64,000 nucleotides of DNA. Source: Acanthaster planci. Taxonomy: Eukaryota. A model generated the notes under the pieces. It saw only the letters and a list, made by a program, of their open reading frames with translations. It was not told where the DNA came from and ran no database searches. The stretch lies in contig NW_019091361.1 of the NCBI RefSeq assembly GCF_001949145.1, forward strand, positions 3,249,854-3,313,853, written 5' to 3'. Shown one piece after another: positions 1-14,400 of the stretch (position 1 is its first letter; the number at the start of each line of letters is the position of its first letter). The position numbers were made by a program, and so were the translations under genes.

Positions 1-230
1 CTCACGCTAATGCCTTTTGCACATAAAATTGTACGTGTAATGTATTCACTTCGGTACTCAATGAGCAAACTGATACCGTATTTCCAGAACCAATGAAATG
101 CTACCCCTAGAAAGGCAATGGCAAAATTACTTTAATAGCCATTTTTATAATGGTCTATTTCATGCATAACGGGAATCGAATTATAATGTCTTGTGAACTT
201 GATTGAAAGCTCCACCATAAAACCCTGCTG

Positions 231-428
231 GCACAATCCATGCTTATTTTCCTTTGAGATGAGGCACAATCCATGCTTATTTTCCTTTGAGATGAGGCAC
301 AATCCATGCTTATTTTCCTTTGAGATGAGGCACAATCCATGCTTATTTTCCTTTGAGATAAGGCACAATCCATGCTTATTTTCCTTTGAGATGAGGCACA
401 ATCCATGCTTATTTCCCTTTGAGATGAG
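231..428. repeat. 33-bp minisatellite, 6 copies, ending 64 bp upstream of a HERC1 exon
   Basis: Unit gcacaatccatgcttattttcctttgagatgag repeated 6 times with isolated substitutions. Confidence 0.95.
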
Positions 429-492
429 GAAATTACTCATATTTACATCTCTGATGCTTGAAAACATATCTTGAATCATTTTTTTTTTACAG

Positions 493-3400
493 GTGGAAGC
501 AGGCCAGTACTGCACATTTGTTATCTCAGCCGATGGCACCGTCAGGGCCTGTGGCAAAGGTAGCTATGGCAGACTAGGCCTGGGTGACTCCAACAACCAG
601 ACACAGCTGAAGAAGCTCAACTTTGAAAGCCATGTTATCTCCAAGATATCATCTTCCAAGGTATAAGATGATAGTGTAAGCAGAGGGAGCTAGGGCCGTG
701 TCCGAAACGGGCTTCCAGAGCTATGGCTAGGTCTATTGTCTACGCATCTCCACGCATTTCTAATGGAACGAAGACCTAGACCTAGCTCTAGACAAAAGAT
801 TTGGATGCAGCCTAGGAGGGGAAACATGCCAGTATAACTTGAGGATTTTCTAAACAAATACTAGTGTTGGAGAATGACAATTGGAAAACCAGACTCAGAT
901 GACAGAAGGATCGCGTTCCTCTAATAAGCAGCGTTGTAGTTGAGATCATCCCAAGACTGTCACCAGACCAAATATAAGACCAGTCACAAGTTGAGACCAG
1001 TGGCAAGTAACAGTGACGTACATGTAGGAATGCTTTTGTTGCAGCTCATTTGAGTAGCTTGTGGCCTAAATTTAGACTGGAGGACTTGTGTTGGTCTTGT
1101 GATAGCCTTGTGGGGTCTAATAATGGTGTAAAGAGGATATCGAATATCAGGTCGTTGGGGTCGATATTAAGTTAACTTAAAGGATTTTTTTATCGAGTAT
1201 TGTTAATCGAGTACTTTGATGCTCGAGCACAATTTTTGGATGTCGAGTTCCAAGTATTTTGTAGCCCGAGTACAAGAACTGTAGTTCGAGTACGAGTACT
1301 TTGACGTCAAAGTACGAGTACTCTGAAAAAGGTACTGGAGTAGTACTCGAGTAACGAGTACTACAACACTGGAGGTCTCGACTACAGATGTGCAGTCAGG
1401 GAGGTTCCCAATTGTCAGAGCGCTAATGAATGTCCCCAAATAGTCATTACTGGTTTCAGTTTGAAACACCCACTACTCATCTCTGAACTGTGCATGGAAT
1501 AGTGATCCATGTGTGTGTGTTACTAACTTGGGAACAGCTTGTTCCTAATAGGAATACAGGAAATTTTCCATCAGGTATGTGCATTGTTCAATAGAGGAGC
1601 ATTCCAATGATAACAGGAAGTTTCCCTTACCACATGGGCAGAGTTCGAGTGAGAACCATTATTGACTACTGGTTGGTTTTTTCCCGGGTAACCTGTGCAC
1701 CAAATAAATTCAGGGTACCAGGCAAAATAGACCAATGTGTGATAAATGGTCATTGAACCTATCCTGGAATGGTGTTGGAGTAAAATATATATTTTCTCTC
1801 ATGGTGCAGGGTTCTGATGGCCACACACTCGCCCTGACATCGGAGGGCCAGATCTTCAGCTGGGGCGATGGTGATTACGGCAAGCTGGGCCATGGCAACA
1901 CCTCCACGCAGAAGTACCCCAAGCTGGTACCCGGCGTCCTGTCCAGCAAGGTGGTGGTGTGCGTATCGGCCGGCTACCGTCACAGTGCCTGCGTCACCGA
2001 GGACGGACAGCTTTACACGTGGGGGGAAGGAGATTACGGGAGACTGGGTGAGTTGTCCCCTGGCAGTAAGGTTTCTCCTCATCTTCCTCTTACATGATCA
2101 CCCTGCCCTCAACCAGTTGAACCTATGTGCTAGTGGCCCAGTGGTTCTGGTTTGGGGCTCATGTGTGATGGCACCTGGGCTAGAACTGCACAGATTCCAT
2201 GGTGCTCATGTTCCTTAGGCAGATGCGCAGCCACAGATGCCTCTCTCCACCCGGATATGTAAATGGGAACCAGCGAGGATATAAAAAATTGTGCTGATCA
2301 TGAACTGCCGAAGAAAAACTGATTTCCTGGCCCAGTGAACGGGGATCGTAGTTGTGAAGGTTTTTGATACTTTCGTGATGAATCGCTGTATTGTGACTAA
2401 TCGTTAATATTAGGATTGTCATTGAAATCTGAATTGATTTAATTTGGTCATCTGGTACCTGCGTGCTATCAGATGTTTTTCACTATAGAGTAATAATTTC
2501 TTATGGAGTCCTGTACATAAGTAACAGGAGGCATTGTGTAACCTAACAACAAGGTCATTTGAAGCAGATTTGTGACAATACTTTGCTGGTTCATACACAC
2601 CATTAATTGTTCAATCTACACTTTTTAAGTCTGTACACACAAGGTGAAGAGTCCGTCAAAATGCTTTGCTGTTATTGGTAAGAGACGAAGTGCAACTTAC
2701 CTTTTTGTCTCACAGGTCATGGAGACAGTAACAGCAGGAACGTACCGACCTTGGTTAAAGACATCAGTAACGTTGGTCAGGTAGTGTGCGGCAGCTCACA
2801 CACCATAGTTATATCACAGGACGGACGGACTGTCTGGTCATTTGGTGGCGGTGACAACGGTAGGTTAAAAACAGTGTTAATTATTAATTGTAACTCCAGA
2901 GGCATGTTTGCTTTGAACTATGAAAAGGTCGATGTTTCAGTCTCTGTTACTTTGTAGGAAACCAATGGCTCGTTCTTTGCACTTGAAACTCTCAAGGGAT
3001 GTTAAGTGCCATGTTTTAACACTAGAAGGCAAAGCTGAGGATGCTATGCCATCCCCAAGGGTGTTAAAATCATCTTACCCACCTCACAATGGTCAATAAG
3101 TGTCAATAGCCTGGTTCGCAGTCATTGCATCTTGGTTTCAGACAGGGACTAGTCTATGACATCACTGTGTTGCACAAGGTTGCAGTCAACATGTGTTTTT
3201 ATTGCATGGTCACACGATTGTTCTAGGCCAAGGAATATGCATACTGTAATGAAGAGAGAGGTGTATCAATAAGTTATAGTGGCAGTCCTCAATCCTTTTA
3301 AAAATCTTTCCAAAGCTCATTATAAATTTAGAAGAATCCACAAGCCCTTGGCAGGGTTAAGATGAAAGAGATTTATTAACAGCGATCATGCCCCTCCCAC

Positions 3401-5410
3401 CATCACAAAAAGTTTCAAGTTACCAGATGTTTTACCTTTAAAAATGTATTTGTGATGTTCAGAAAGTATTTTGCCAGTGTAGTTTTCTGAATATAAGGGA
3501 ATCAAACACCACAGTAAGAAGGCTTCATGCAGTTTGTACCACACATTTGAAATCCTTTGAAATCATCAGTGCCTCCTCTGGTCACCATTTTCTCTCAGTT
3601 TAATCCTCCCCCCCAGAATAAAAATAGATGGTAGCCAGTATGCCAGCAATGTTTGTTGGAACTTGTAATCTGCCAAAATACTAATATTAGTTTGCATTGG
3701 GAGACTCTGTGATGCTTGGTGGCAGCAGACACAATGGTCCTTTTTGGTTGATGTGGGCATGCACTTCCAGTTCTCGGCATGCTCGTTAGTTGTGACTGTG
3801 CGCACAACTGCAAAAAAGGGCCGGTTTGTCTGCCGCCACCATACGTCTCAAAGTCTCCCATTAACTGAAGGAAATATTTGTGTAGTTTGTACTGTTGGAC
3901 AATTGAATCTTGTCCTCTACCATTCTGCAGGCAAGCTTGGTCACGGGGACACCAACCGGGTATACAAACCGAAGATGATTGAGGCCCTGATTGGTCTGGT
4001 AATCCGTAAGGTAGCCTGCGGCAGCCAATCATCTCTTACCTTGACGTCCACTGGACAGGTATCAAACATGATTAACCTCATAAGAGGTCATAAATGAACA
4101 GGACTTTGAAATAAATTGGACCTGATGTCCAGCAGGCACTTTACGCAGTTGAACAGAGCATTTTATCACATTGAAACTGCAGATTGGGCATTTAATACAA
4201 AATGTGTAAATTTACAAAATCCATTCTTTAACAATGACAGGATTTAATCGGGGTCATTCATGTTCAAAGCGAAATAAGAGTCACAATATTGCCCTGGCAT
4301 AATGTTTCGACTCTCACTGTTCTATGTAGGTCTTTGCATGGGGCCATGGCGCTTGCCTAGGGTCTGGGTCGGCCGAGACAACGGCCCTCCGCCCAAAGTT
4401 AGTGGAGGACCTCCAGATGACCCGCATCGTCGACATCGCTTGCGGTGACAGCCACTGTCTGGCACTCAGTCACGGTGAGGAAGCAACATGATCACTTCAG
4501 TGAAAACTATCAAACGTTTCAAACCAAGGGCCTAATATTTTGATCCCAGCAGCATTTTCCCAAAGGCTGATGTGCTGTACAAAATTTTTCACCTTGTTCA
4601 TTATTTATCAAAAGAATTTTCTCACTTCTGTAGGGGTTGAAAGTAGAGTTATAGGAAATGTAACATCCCTGGGGGGGGGAGTTGACCCATGGGTGGGGAG
4701 GTTGGAATCCAAGCTCAGACATAGAATTTCATTTGTTTCAGGCAGCAAATTTTCCATGGATCAGCTGATTTCCATTTTTTTCACTTCACACCCATGCCAT
4801 TGAAAGTTAAATAACACTGTACAAAGTCTTGTAAAGATAGGAATTTCCTTGTTTTTTTGTCCAAGTCCCAGTTGCATACCTGGTTTGTTTATTGCCGGTT
4901 TCCACCTGTTTTCTCTTTCTAGTTATTGCATTACAAATACAGCTCTTTACAAGCCTTCTCCACCCCTGGTGGGAGCAGGAGAGAGCATGTTTTTACACAG
5001 CAACGACGATCCTTTAATGGGAACCTCCCTGCCTACATGCACTGGTTCACGGGCATCGCCTGCTGAACGTCCATGACCAATTTGTGTTTGATTATACAAT
5101 CTTTGGCACATGTGCATGAGCCCAGTTGTCAAACTTCCAACCAGGCTGCCGCTTCAACTTGGGATGGATTGATGATAGACGGAGTTTGGAACTTACTCGT
5201 TTTTTACTAACGTCTCTGTTGTGTGCCTGATGCTGCAGATAACGAGGTCTACGCCTGGGGCAATAATGCCATGGGCCAGTGTGGCCAGGGTCACACCACG
5301 AGCCCTGTCCTGAGACCCAAGAAGGTCTTGGGCCTGGAAGGGGTCACCATCCACCAAATCTCAGCAGGGACTTCTCACAGTATCGCCTGGACTGCTCTGC
5401 CGACGGACAG
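493..5410 (+). CDS. HERC1: HERC1 exons encoding RCC1-like domain 1 (RLD1), 6 exons
   Basis: RCC1 repeats: [143 protein letters not shown]. Canonical AG/GT boundaries. Confidence 0.95.
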
Positions 5411-8400
5411 GTTAGTTACAGTCATGCTTGCATGGAAAGGAAATACGCACTGGTCTCCTCAGTTGGGACTCGAGCCCACAGCCGCTCACTTGCAAGTGCA
5501 GACAGTGGTCGAGTAGCCGATCTTAGGAGGTCATAGGCTGAAGGTCTACCCGGGCAAAACTTTCCTTTTTTTATCTCTCTCTTGGTCTCTTGTTGTTGCT
5601 ACATACTGTCAGAATAAACCTTGCACTTGTATTGAAGGTAAAAACTTTGAAAGAAGAAAAGTCAGAACCATTGTCATAGCCAAGCATTTGGTCAGTAACC
5701 ATACATGGTATGTCACAAACCTGACTGAGGGGCATGCTTTTTACCTGACAGTGAATGCGTTGTCAAATGGAATGATGATCAACGCTTGACACTATGAGTG
5801 GTCATTGGTACCCTTCTGATCCAGCACTGGCTACTGTTTAAAGGTTTACCTGCTCTGTATTGTACTCAGTGCTGTGATCTTTGCCTAAAACAATGTTGAA
5901 TGCATGTCTGGTCTCTCGGTTGAGTGAGGGGACCCTATTGCTTAACACCACACCATCCTAGCATCCAGTTCATCTTAAGTTGTCCATCTTTACTGTATCA
6001 GGCAAGTGGTGGCCTGGCACCGTCCCTTCTGCGTGGATCTCCAGGAGGGGACCTTCTCCTACCTCCGGTCCTTCCTAGAGCACTACTGTGATGGCTTCGA
6101 TCACCCGAGTCCACCACCCCCCTTTCCAACAGCAAGGTAAGTCTTAAGGTACTTGATGCAAGGCAAGCTAAGAATCAAAATCTTTGCATTTACTCTCTTC
6201 CAAACCAACAGTTCTTCACAAAACAGGAGTTTATTCGGTGATAACAGTCACAAAATACATCCCTGCCTGCTTTGCAAAGCTTCCAGCAACACATCACTGA
6301 CACTGACACCATTGTTTATGTTGCATACGTCAGGTTGATTCCATAAAGTTGTAGTAACAACAAATTTGACTCTTTTCCAAGTTTATAAATGTAGTTTCAA
6401 ACATTAGTATGCTGCTGTGTATTTGATAAATAGGTTGCCTTCAACTGTTACTGTTAACCAGCGAGAATTTCACATTATGCTATTGAGATTCCTTTGGACC
6501 ACTTCTAGGTACGGATTGACATGTAAATTCTATGTGGCATAAATTACCATTCCTAGCAGAATCGGACCATTTTGTTACATTTGAATTTTTATTTGAAAGG
6601 CAGGGGTTATTGTCAGACAGCTCTGTCCCCAGGTGCTAAACTGTCTTGTTCAGCAAAAAGTTTGGACCAAGTTATCTTCACAAGATTCCAACAGATTTAG
6701 AAAAGGCAATCATATTCAAGTATTCCTCTTTTCTTTATGAGAAGTAGGTTTCCTCATCCTTAGTTGCACAGAAACATTTGATGGCTAACTTTACTGAGAC
6801 AGACTTACCAGATGCCATTGGGTTCTCTTCTGATAATGAAAGCTATCTTTTGTTTATCTGGCTAGGGAGCACCAACACTTTGTGCTACTCTGCCTCAAAC
6901 TCCTCTGCACCCATCTTCAGTTGGCGCTGGCTGGGGGGCTCTCCAGTAGCATCCTAGGGAGCCAGGCCAGGCCCCTCAGGCACCTGTTGTTTCGTCTCAT
7001 GGACTCCAAGACTCCCACGTCAGTCCAGAAGGTAGTCCGAACATTTCCATTGCATTTGCGACAATGACCACCGTACTTCTAAATGGCGCCAAGTGATTTT
7101 GAACAAAAAAGACTTCTTTTTTACAGTTTGCACTTTAATTCCAAAGACAGTTACTGAATTAGGATGATTTTCCACAAAAGTAGACTGTTTTTTGAGAAGC
7201 TGTTTTTGACAGTTTGAAATTATTTCTGACGAGTAACGTGATACCACTTAACTTAAATCAAACGCCTTTTGTTCCTTTTTCAGGCTGTGAGTGAAACGCT
7301 CTCCATTGGTGCACCTCTACTCCTACCTCCATTGAGGGAACGCATGGAGTTACTGCAGTCTTTGCTGCCACAGGGGCCTGATCGATGGGACAGCCTCTCC
7401 AAAGGACAGGTACAAGTCTAAACAAAGCCATGCTAGCGTAACCGTTGTGAGTGGTTAAAGCACATTCAGCGTGTAGGGAGACGGCCACATTGGCTCATAG
7501 TTCTTTATAGTTTTAGAGGGAATTCGTATTGAGGTGGTTGTACTTTTCCCCCCACCTTCCACCTCTGCAACCCAAGGGTTGAGTCCTGTCTTGGCCAGCG
7601 TGTTGATTGGGTTTTCAGTTCCGACCCGATTCCATGAGTTTTCCCTTGGAATACTTGTCCAAGGTTTTTCCTCCCACCTCCAAAATGGCCCCTAAGACTT
7701 GTTGTGTGAGATGCGGTTGTGATTGACCTTCCACCCTGATCTTATCACCTCCTCAGAGGATGCAGCTAGGCATCATCTTGACCAGCCTCCAGGAGAACCT
7801 CCACGTCGCCTCCCTCCTGGGCTTCACCTCTCCCCTGGACTGGGAGCCCGAGCCCAAACCCTCCGACCCTTCAACTCTGACCTTGGCACCAGGTCAGGAT
7901 ATGCACCTGGCAGAGGTGTTGATGAAGACGCTGCTACGTAACCTAGGATATCACACCGTAAGCCATCCACCAGGAGCTGAATAAACCACTCGCACACTGT
8001 CAATAATCATGCAGGAATTAAAAATAGTTCTATAAAAATTCTTCTAAGGCAAACTTTAAGGATAACATGCTTGCTACATTAACACAGATTTCTTAGCCAC
8101 TTGACTACATGCGCGACACAGTGATTTCTTACTTTGAACAGGGTACCGTGCCATATTAACAAATAATTCCAGGTACCAGTAGCCACTCCATTATAAAAGG
8201 CATTCATCACTTTATGGTGTCTAATTCCAAGAATTACCGAGAATTAACAAGTATCCTGATCAGCAATTCCATGTGAAGCATTTTGATACTGCCAGAAACC
8301 GCCACTCTGCATGGCCACGTAATGATAACATCGTCATCTTTGCCTTGATCAGGAGCAAGCCTTCGGTGAGTTGGAGAAGAACAGCGACAAGACCCAGAAG

Positions 8401-11400
8401 TCTATGGCTTGTGATGACGGCGCGCCCCCGGCCCATCTACGAGAGTTGCTGTCGTCACTACAGAAGCATCTGGTAGCATACTGTCACGTCAACGCCGGGG
8501 ACGAGGTAAAATGGACACTGTTGCTCTGAAATATCATTGTAGGCCCCTTGACCTTCCTGTCCCAAACAGGGAATTACTCCCTACTTGCACAGATATTTCA
8601 AGCATGGAGGATATGCTTGCCAAGGTAAATTCACTGTGGCCAACAGTAGCATTATGGTCGCTTTGCAAGGGACAAAAATGAACACTCCCAACCCACATGG
8701 CTCTTTTAAAACTCATGAGGGGGTGCTTCCGCTCAAGGTGGATTAAGGTGTAGTCTCCACATAGAGAATGCTAGAATGCTAAGTCATAGAAAGAATAAAC
8801 AACATCTACCTCCACTGTTCTGAGAAAGTGGACAACCATAACCAAAGAAGAGTGATTGAGTTTATGTGAATAATGTGTTTTCAGCAGTGTGCCGTGGCTG
8901 TCGGGGATCGAGTGATCTAGAAAGTGTAATGGTTGAATTCCCTCCCTCCACAGATATCAGGGAGTGTAGGCCTTCTACACAAACACCTCAATCTGCTCCT
9001 GCCTCATGCCGTGGAGGTGCTACAGAGGTCGGTCAAGCTTCTCCAGCAGAGCGGTGGGATGGCAGCCCAGGCAGTCCGTAACAAGCTCAGGGGTGAGTGG
9101 GGACCGATGTCCTTCGTCTGCCAAACCCCCTTAAAAGTATACAACTCATTTTTTTGTTGCAGCAGAAGATTACCAGCCAAATATACCGTGTAGTGAGTAC
9201 TGCTTGGCCTGTGGGCGGTTCCCGGCCAATTTATTGTTTGTTGTTTTTTTGCCAAGTGGCTGCACAGTATCGCTCCGTGCTGTTGGCCTGAAAGCAGAGG
9301 AGTGTATTCTCGCAGCGGCAGAGCAGAAAAGTGTGTTGAATTGGAAATGTCACCCTGAAGATGGCCTAAAGCAGGAGGCATTTGTGCAGATGATGTCACA
9401 CTTTGTGCATTTTCCCTTGGAGCCAGCGCAGGCCCACAGTTTATCGAGCACCATGGGAAAACATACCTTTAAACGAAGTGTGATGTAATAAGGACAGAAT
9501 TCTATTGCAGCACGTATCTAACTAATATGGAGAAGCCTTAAGCATCTTTAACAATTTTAATGTCAAATTTATCAAATAGTTTTCCCCACCACGTCAATTG
9601 TACATGTACAGCTGTATGTTTTTCTCATCCCGCTTTTGGATTTAGGTCAGCAAAGCATAAACCAACATTAAACCTGCTTAACAGAAACTCTGATGAATGT
9701 TCCCAAGCCTGTTAGTGGTTCACTACCACATTTTTACATGCAGTTGTTGGTACTCTTCAGATCTCAAGCTAGTTATTTACATCCGTCAAATCCTGATCCA
9801 GTTCAGCCTTTACTCGACCCACATAAATCCTGATCCAGTTCAGCTTTTACTCGACCCACATTGACCCAGTTTGACTCCAGGTGATGGTAGTCATTCCATT
9901 TTTGCCTTCTCCAGATGTCTTGTACACATCCGCAGCCGGTGCGATGCTGTCCCAGCTTCTACACTCTCTCCTCCTACTGCCCGTCAGCGTCTCACGTCCC
10001 CTCATGCTGAGCCTGCTGGCCCTCCTGCCTGAACTGGATCAGCTCAACCGATTGCTACCTGCGGCAGCCCTCCTGGACGAGCATGAACTGGAGTGGCCTT
10101 TACATGGTACGACAGTTTCATCAAAATGTTAGAGACTGATTCAGATATCTGTCCAATGCAGGATGTCTTGACATGCTGGCCTCTATCTCTGACTTCAGAT
10201 TTTGCAAGATGTCAAGAGGCTAACATTTGTGGAAAAGATGGTTGGCCGCGTCATTTGACAAAAGGGTGGAAACAGTGTGGCGTCCAAAACCATTTCTTTG
10301 GGGTTAAATCACTTCTAAAGCTAAACTGGTACTTTTGTTGGTCAGGTTTTTTGTTGGCAATTTGGTTATCAGCTGTTAGTCAAAAGGAGAAAATAAGGCA
10401 AATAAATGATGCATAATGCAGAAGGACATTGTTGTATGCCCATTATGCCAGGTTGCATGTTTGTATGAGCCTTCCCTGACAGCTTGGTGTAGACTTTGGC
10501 AGAGTTGAACTTTGCCGAAAGTCCATGTTTCTGGATGACTTTGACAAGAGAATTTGGCAATGCTGTCTGGATCTCTTGACATTGATATGGAAACTACTGC
10601 AGGCTTGACAGGTTAAGCAATGACGGAGGGTGTTTTCGTCAAAGCTTTTGACTCGGCTTAGGACTCGATGACTTTAGTTGGACTTGCAGGTGTCGTGTGG
10701 GGACTTGTGATGGACTCGACGATATCACCAGGAACCATACCCTGTGGTCCTCATGAATCACCCTATTTCATTCATTCCTTCACTAGGAGCCCCTGGCAGT
10801 GTGGAGCCCGCTGCGTTACCCCTCCCACAGCCTGCCAAGGGATGGGTGTGGCTGGTAGATCTGGAACGGTGCTGCGCCTTGGTCGTGGGGCGTTGCCTAG
10901 CTGGCATGCTAGCTTGGGTGCCCGTCTCCAAGGAGGAGAGCGAGACCAGCGGCTGGATGGTGTCCAGGCTACTCAGCAACGGTCTAGAGACCAATGTGAA
11001 ACATTTGGGTATGCATTTCTGAATGGTATAGACCTTTATCATGGGGCAGCCATCTTGCTTTTCACCATTCATAGAAATGTAAACACACAGAGGTTGGAAG
11101 GAAAAATAGTCTGTTCCCATTGATCAATATGTGAAATTGTATTACTATTGCCAGTGGGTCTACAGGGAACAAGGCAAATGTGGCAGCATCATGATAAAGG
11201 TCTTACTTATGGGTGTTGATTAACCCTAGCAGTCCACAATTCTTTGCCTTTTAAGGGATTATTATTGTTAAAAATTGATTTCCTACCAGTGGCATACCAG
11301 GGAAGGGGGGGAACAAAATGCTGCCAACCCCCAGGAGATATGTTGCTTTTATTTAGGAACTGAAAGTGCCAGCACTTTAGAAATGATACTTTTGCCCATC

Positions 11401-14400
11401 TCAGGGTAATGAAGATACTTTAACCGACGAAACAATGTAAATAGTCATGTTTAGAAAGATTTCCATTTAGCCCTCCTGGCCCTAAGATCTGATACATAAC
11501 TGTGTCTTACGTGTTGTCTTGCCGATATGTGTGTACCCTGATCCTGCAGACTGGGAATACGTTTTGGTGTGGATTTAGATCTTGGACGTTGTGAGGTTGT
11601 GCAGAGCTTGAAGTATCCCTTGACTCTGAGGTGTACACAAGTCATTATTTGCCCAGTTTGGAAAAGACCAATCTAAAAATCTCCCAATGAGTCATAGGCT
11701 ACAAGAGTATCCAATACAGCATTGGCCTGTGAACTCTGACACAAGGTCAGCTCAAAATTCAGGGCCATGATGGAATTTTTGAAATTCTTCCACAGTGGAA
11801 CTAGTCAGCAAAGTGTCCGAAGCAGCCATCTCCGGCGACGACGACTATGACCTCTCTGATTTCAAGATGACCCCTGACCTAGCGACCTTGCTTGACTTGG
11901 CCACAGGCAGAGGGAGGGAACCAGCCCTGTCAATATGGAACAGCATGCAGGACTATGCACGTAATAAAGGTGAGACTACAGGGTACCGGAGAAATTGTGT
12001 CTTGCCATAGTCACATGCCAAGTTGTCTGAAAACTCTATTTTGTGTTCTCATGTCCATACTGCAGAAGTACGCGAACATCAAATGAATTTTGAAATGGGA
12101 ATGGACGGTATTGGTTGCACAAATCTGCCCAGCCTCCATATTGCTGACATTTTCAGACTAATTCAAGTTAGCACTGCTCTTGATCTAGATGATTCCTGTT
12201 TTGAGTTGGGACATTTTTCCTTTTGTTAGACTGGGACACCAGCGGGGAGGTGCAGGAGGAATTATTAGACCGTGCGTCGCGGTGTCTGCTGGCCTGTCTG
12301 CTCAAGCATTGCAACCTGCTGTCTGTTGCTGCACACAAGCAAGGGTAAGTCGGTATGATTACAGCGTCTTGGTTACCCACAAGGCCCACACAGGTACCTT
12401 ATGTAGACCAGAGGAGGTCCGCATTCAGCAGGTGATGAGGACATTATTTCTTTCCCCTTCCCTGAAAAGTTCTTCTAAACGGCGTTAGAGGAAGTTTTCA
12501 AATTTTAATTGAAGGGTTGCAGAATAAAGAACATAGGAGCAAGAAATCCCTGCATGGCTGATCAAGCTGGTTCATTTCAAAATAGATCTTTCCTGCTCTG
12601 ACTTCCAGTATCCATCGTCACTGCAATGATAGCACCGATGCTTTCGTTTGTCTTGGTGACCTTGAGGTTTTATTCTCTTGACAAGGAAGAAATGAAATCA
12701 TTGGCATGTGATCTGATTACGGTCCAACATTCAGCTTCATGTCTTGGATGAAGTGGGGAAACTCAATGAAAGTGTAGAGGAAATAGGGAGTGGAGATGTG
12801 TGCTGTCCAAGGCTTTCTCAGGGTTTTTCCCCACAATGAACTGCACAGAGTGATATTTATCGCAGAGAACATTAGGTCATGGTGGGACTTGTTCAGTAAT
12901 GTGCATTGTTTTCTCTCTACTTGAGAGGGCAAACACAAAACCAAATTTTTCTGGGGGGAGGGGCTAAAAGTTGCAATTGGGGGGAGAATAAGAGGGTTTG
13001 CTCCTTTCTTTCAGTTGTTTTATAGGTTTTCCCATTCATGAGGTTCAATTTAGAGGCTCTGGGGAAGACAAAAATAAAAAAAATCCCCCCAAATTGTCCT
13101 TATTGTATGAAGAAAATGATTCAGCCCCTCTATCTTGATTGATAAATACCTCTCTGATTGCAAGTATATGTGCTTGTCTATCTGCATGCCCTGCAGATGG
13201 TGCCGTTGTGAACTGGTTTACATGGGAACATTTACGCTAATGCTCAGTAGATACAAGCCTGCGGTATTTCTTTGTACAGAGACAGTTTTTTCAAGTGAAA
13301 ATGAACAGTGCAAGTGGAATTTCATGTAGAGTCTGTCTTTGAATCTGCCTATTGTCATTGACTGCAAACTCCCAGGTTCAATTTCTTGAAGTTTTCAGAA
13401 ATAGATTTCGGCTTTAACTTTGTGGTTATTTCATTACAGATTTGCTCATTATGTGACGGTATTTTTTTTTATCTCTGGGATTGGTCTCTGAAAGTCCATG
13501 AATTGTGTGATCTGTGAGAGTGTGCAGTAAATGTAGGGTAGTGATAAGAGCGGGACCAAATATTGTGCTAACCAAGGAACAGCTGAGGACGGGTCAACCA
13601 ACAAACACTGCGTGGCATTTGGCCTGGTAGCATCTTTCCTAAGCGAATATTTTCTGTGCTTAGTAGGTTTTCAACCTCTCACAGTGTTTGTACTTTATTG
13701 GATGGCAAACACTGACCATGAGTCTAATGATGGAGTCATCATGGCTGGTTTGCTGCGATGTACTTAGAACTGCATCCAAGTGTTGGTCATAGCAGTGGAG
13801 AGATTTTCAGCTGTTCATCATCCATAACATATAGAGCATCAGCTAGCAAAACAAGAGCAGCCAAAGTATCAGCAGGACTTTGGATCGTAGCTGTCAGTGT
13901 CTAAATAGTTGTTGTGCTTACAAATAAAGCTCAGTTGGGTCTGGATGTGCTCATCTCACAAATGACATATCTGGCTGGATTTGGATTAATCAGCCTAGTT
14001 GCTATCCACTCCGAGCAGGACAAAAGAGGGCGTGGTTTTTTTTTTAGTACTCACCACATAGGCACTCGTGTATAATGGGATCAGTGGTGCGTTTGACTCG
14101 GAGCACGTTGAGTACATGTAACGATTCCTTAATGAATGGTCTTTGCGTACACGCAGAATGCGTACAGGAACTTGCTTGGAAAACTTACTACCATCTGTCT
14201 TTCTTTTAGGCTGGTAATCAGTGGTTTCCTAAGCACAAAATTTCTGATTTTTGTGCTTTAAGTAGCATATTTATCTGCCTGACAGGTTTGTAATATGATG
14301 GGATACCTGATGGAACAGAAAGTGACAGGTGTATGTACTCTACATTTACCGTCAGTGCTTTTACAATCAAAATTGATAATCAGACAGACAGACAGCCTGA

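Noticed and set aside
132..557. Repetitive ORFs (KHGLCLISKEN and similar) as a protein, or the repeat as a CRISPR array
   Set aside because: They are translations of a spacer-less 33-bp tandem repeat in a eukaryotic intron; there are no unique spacers and no cas genes.
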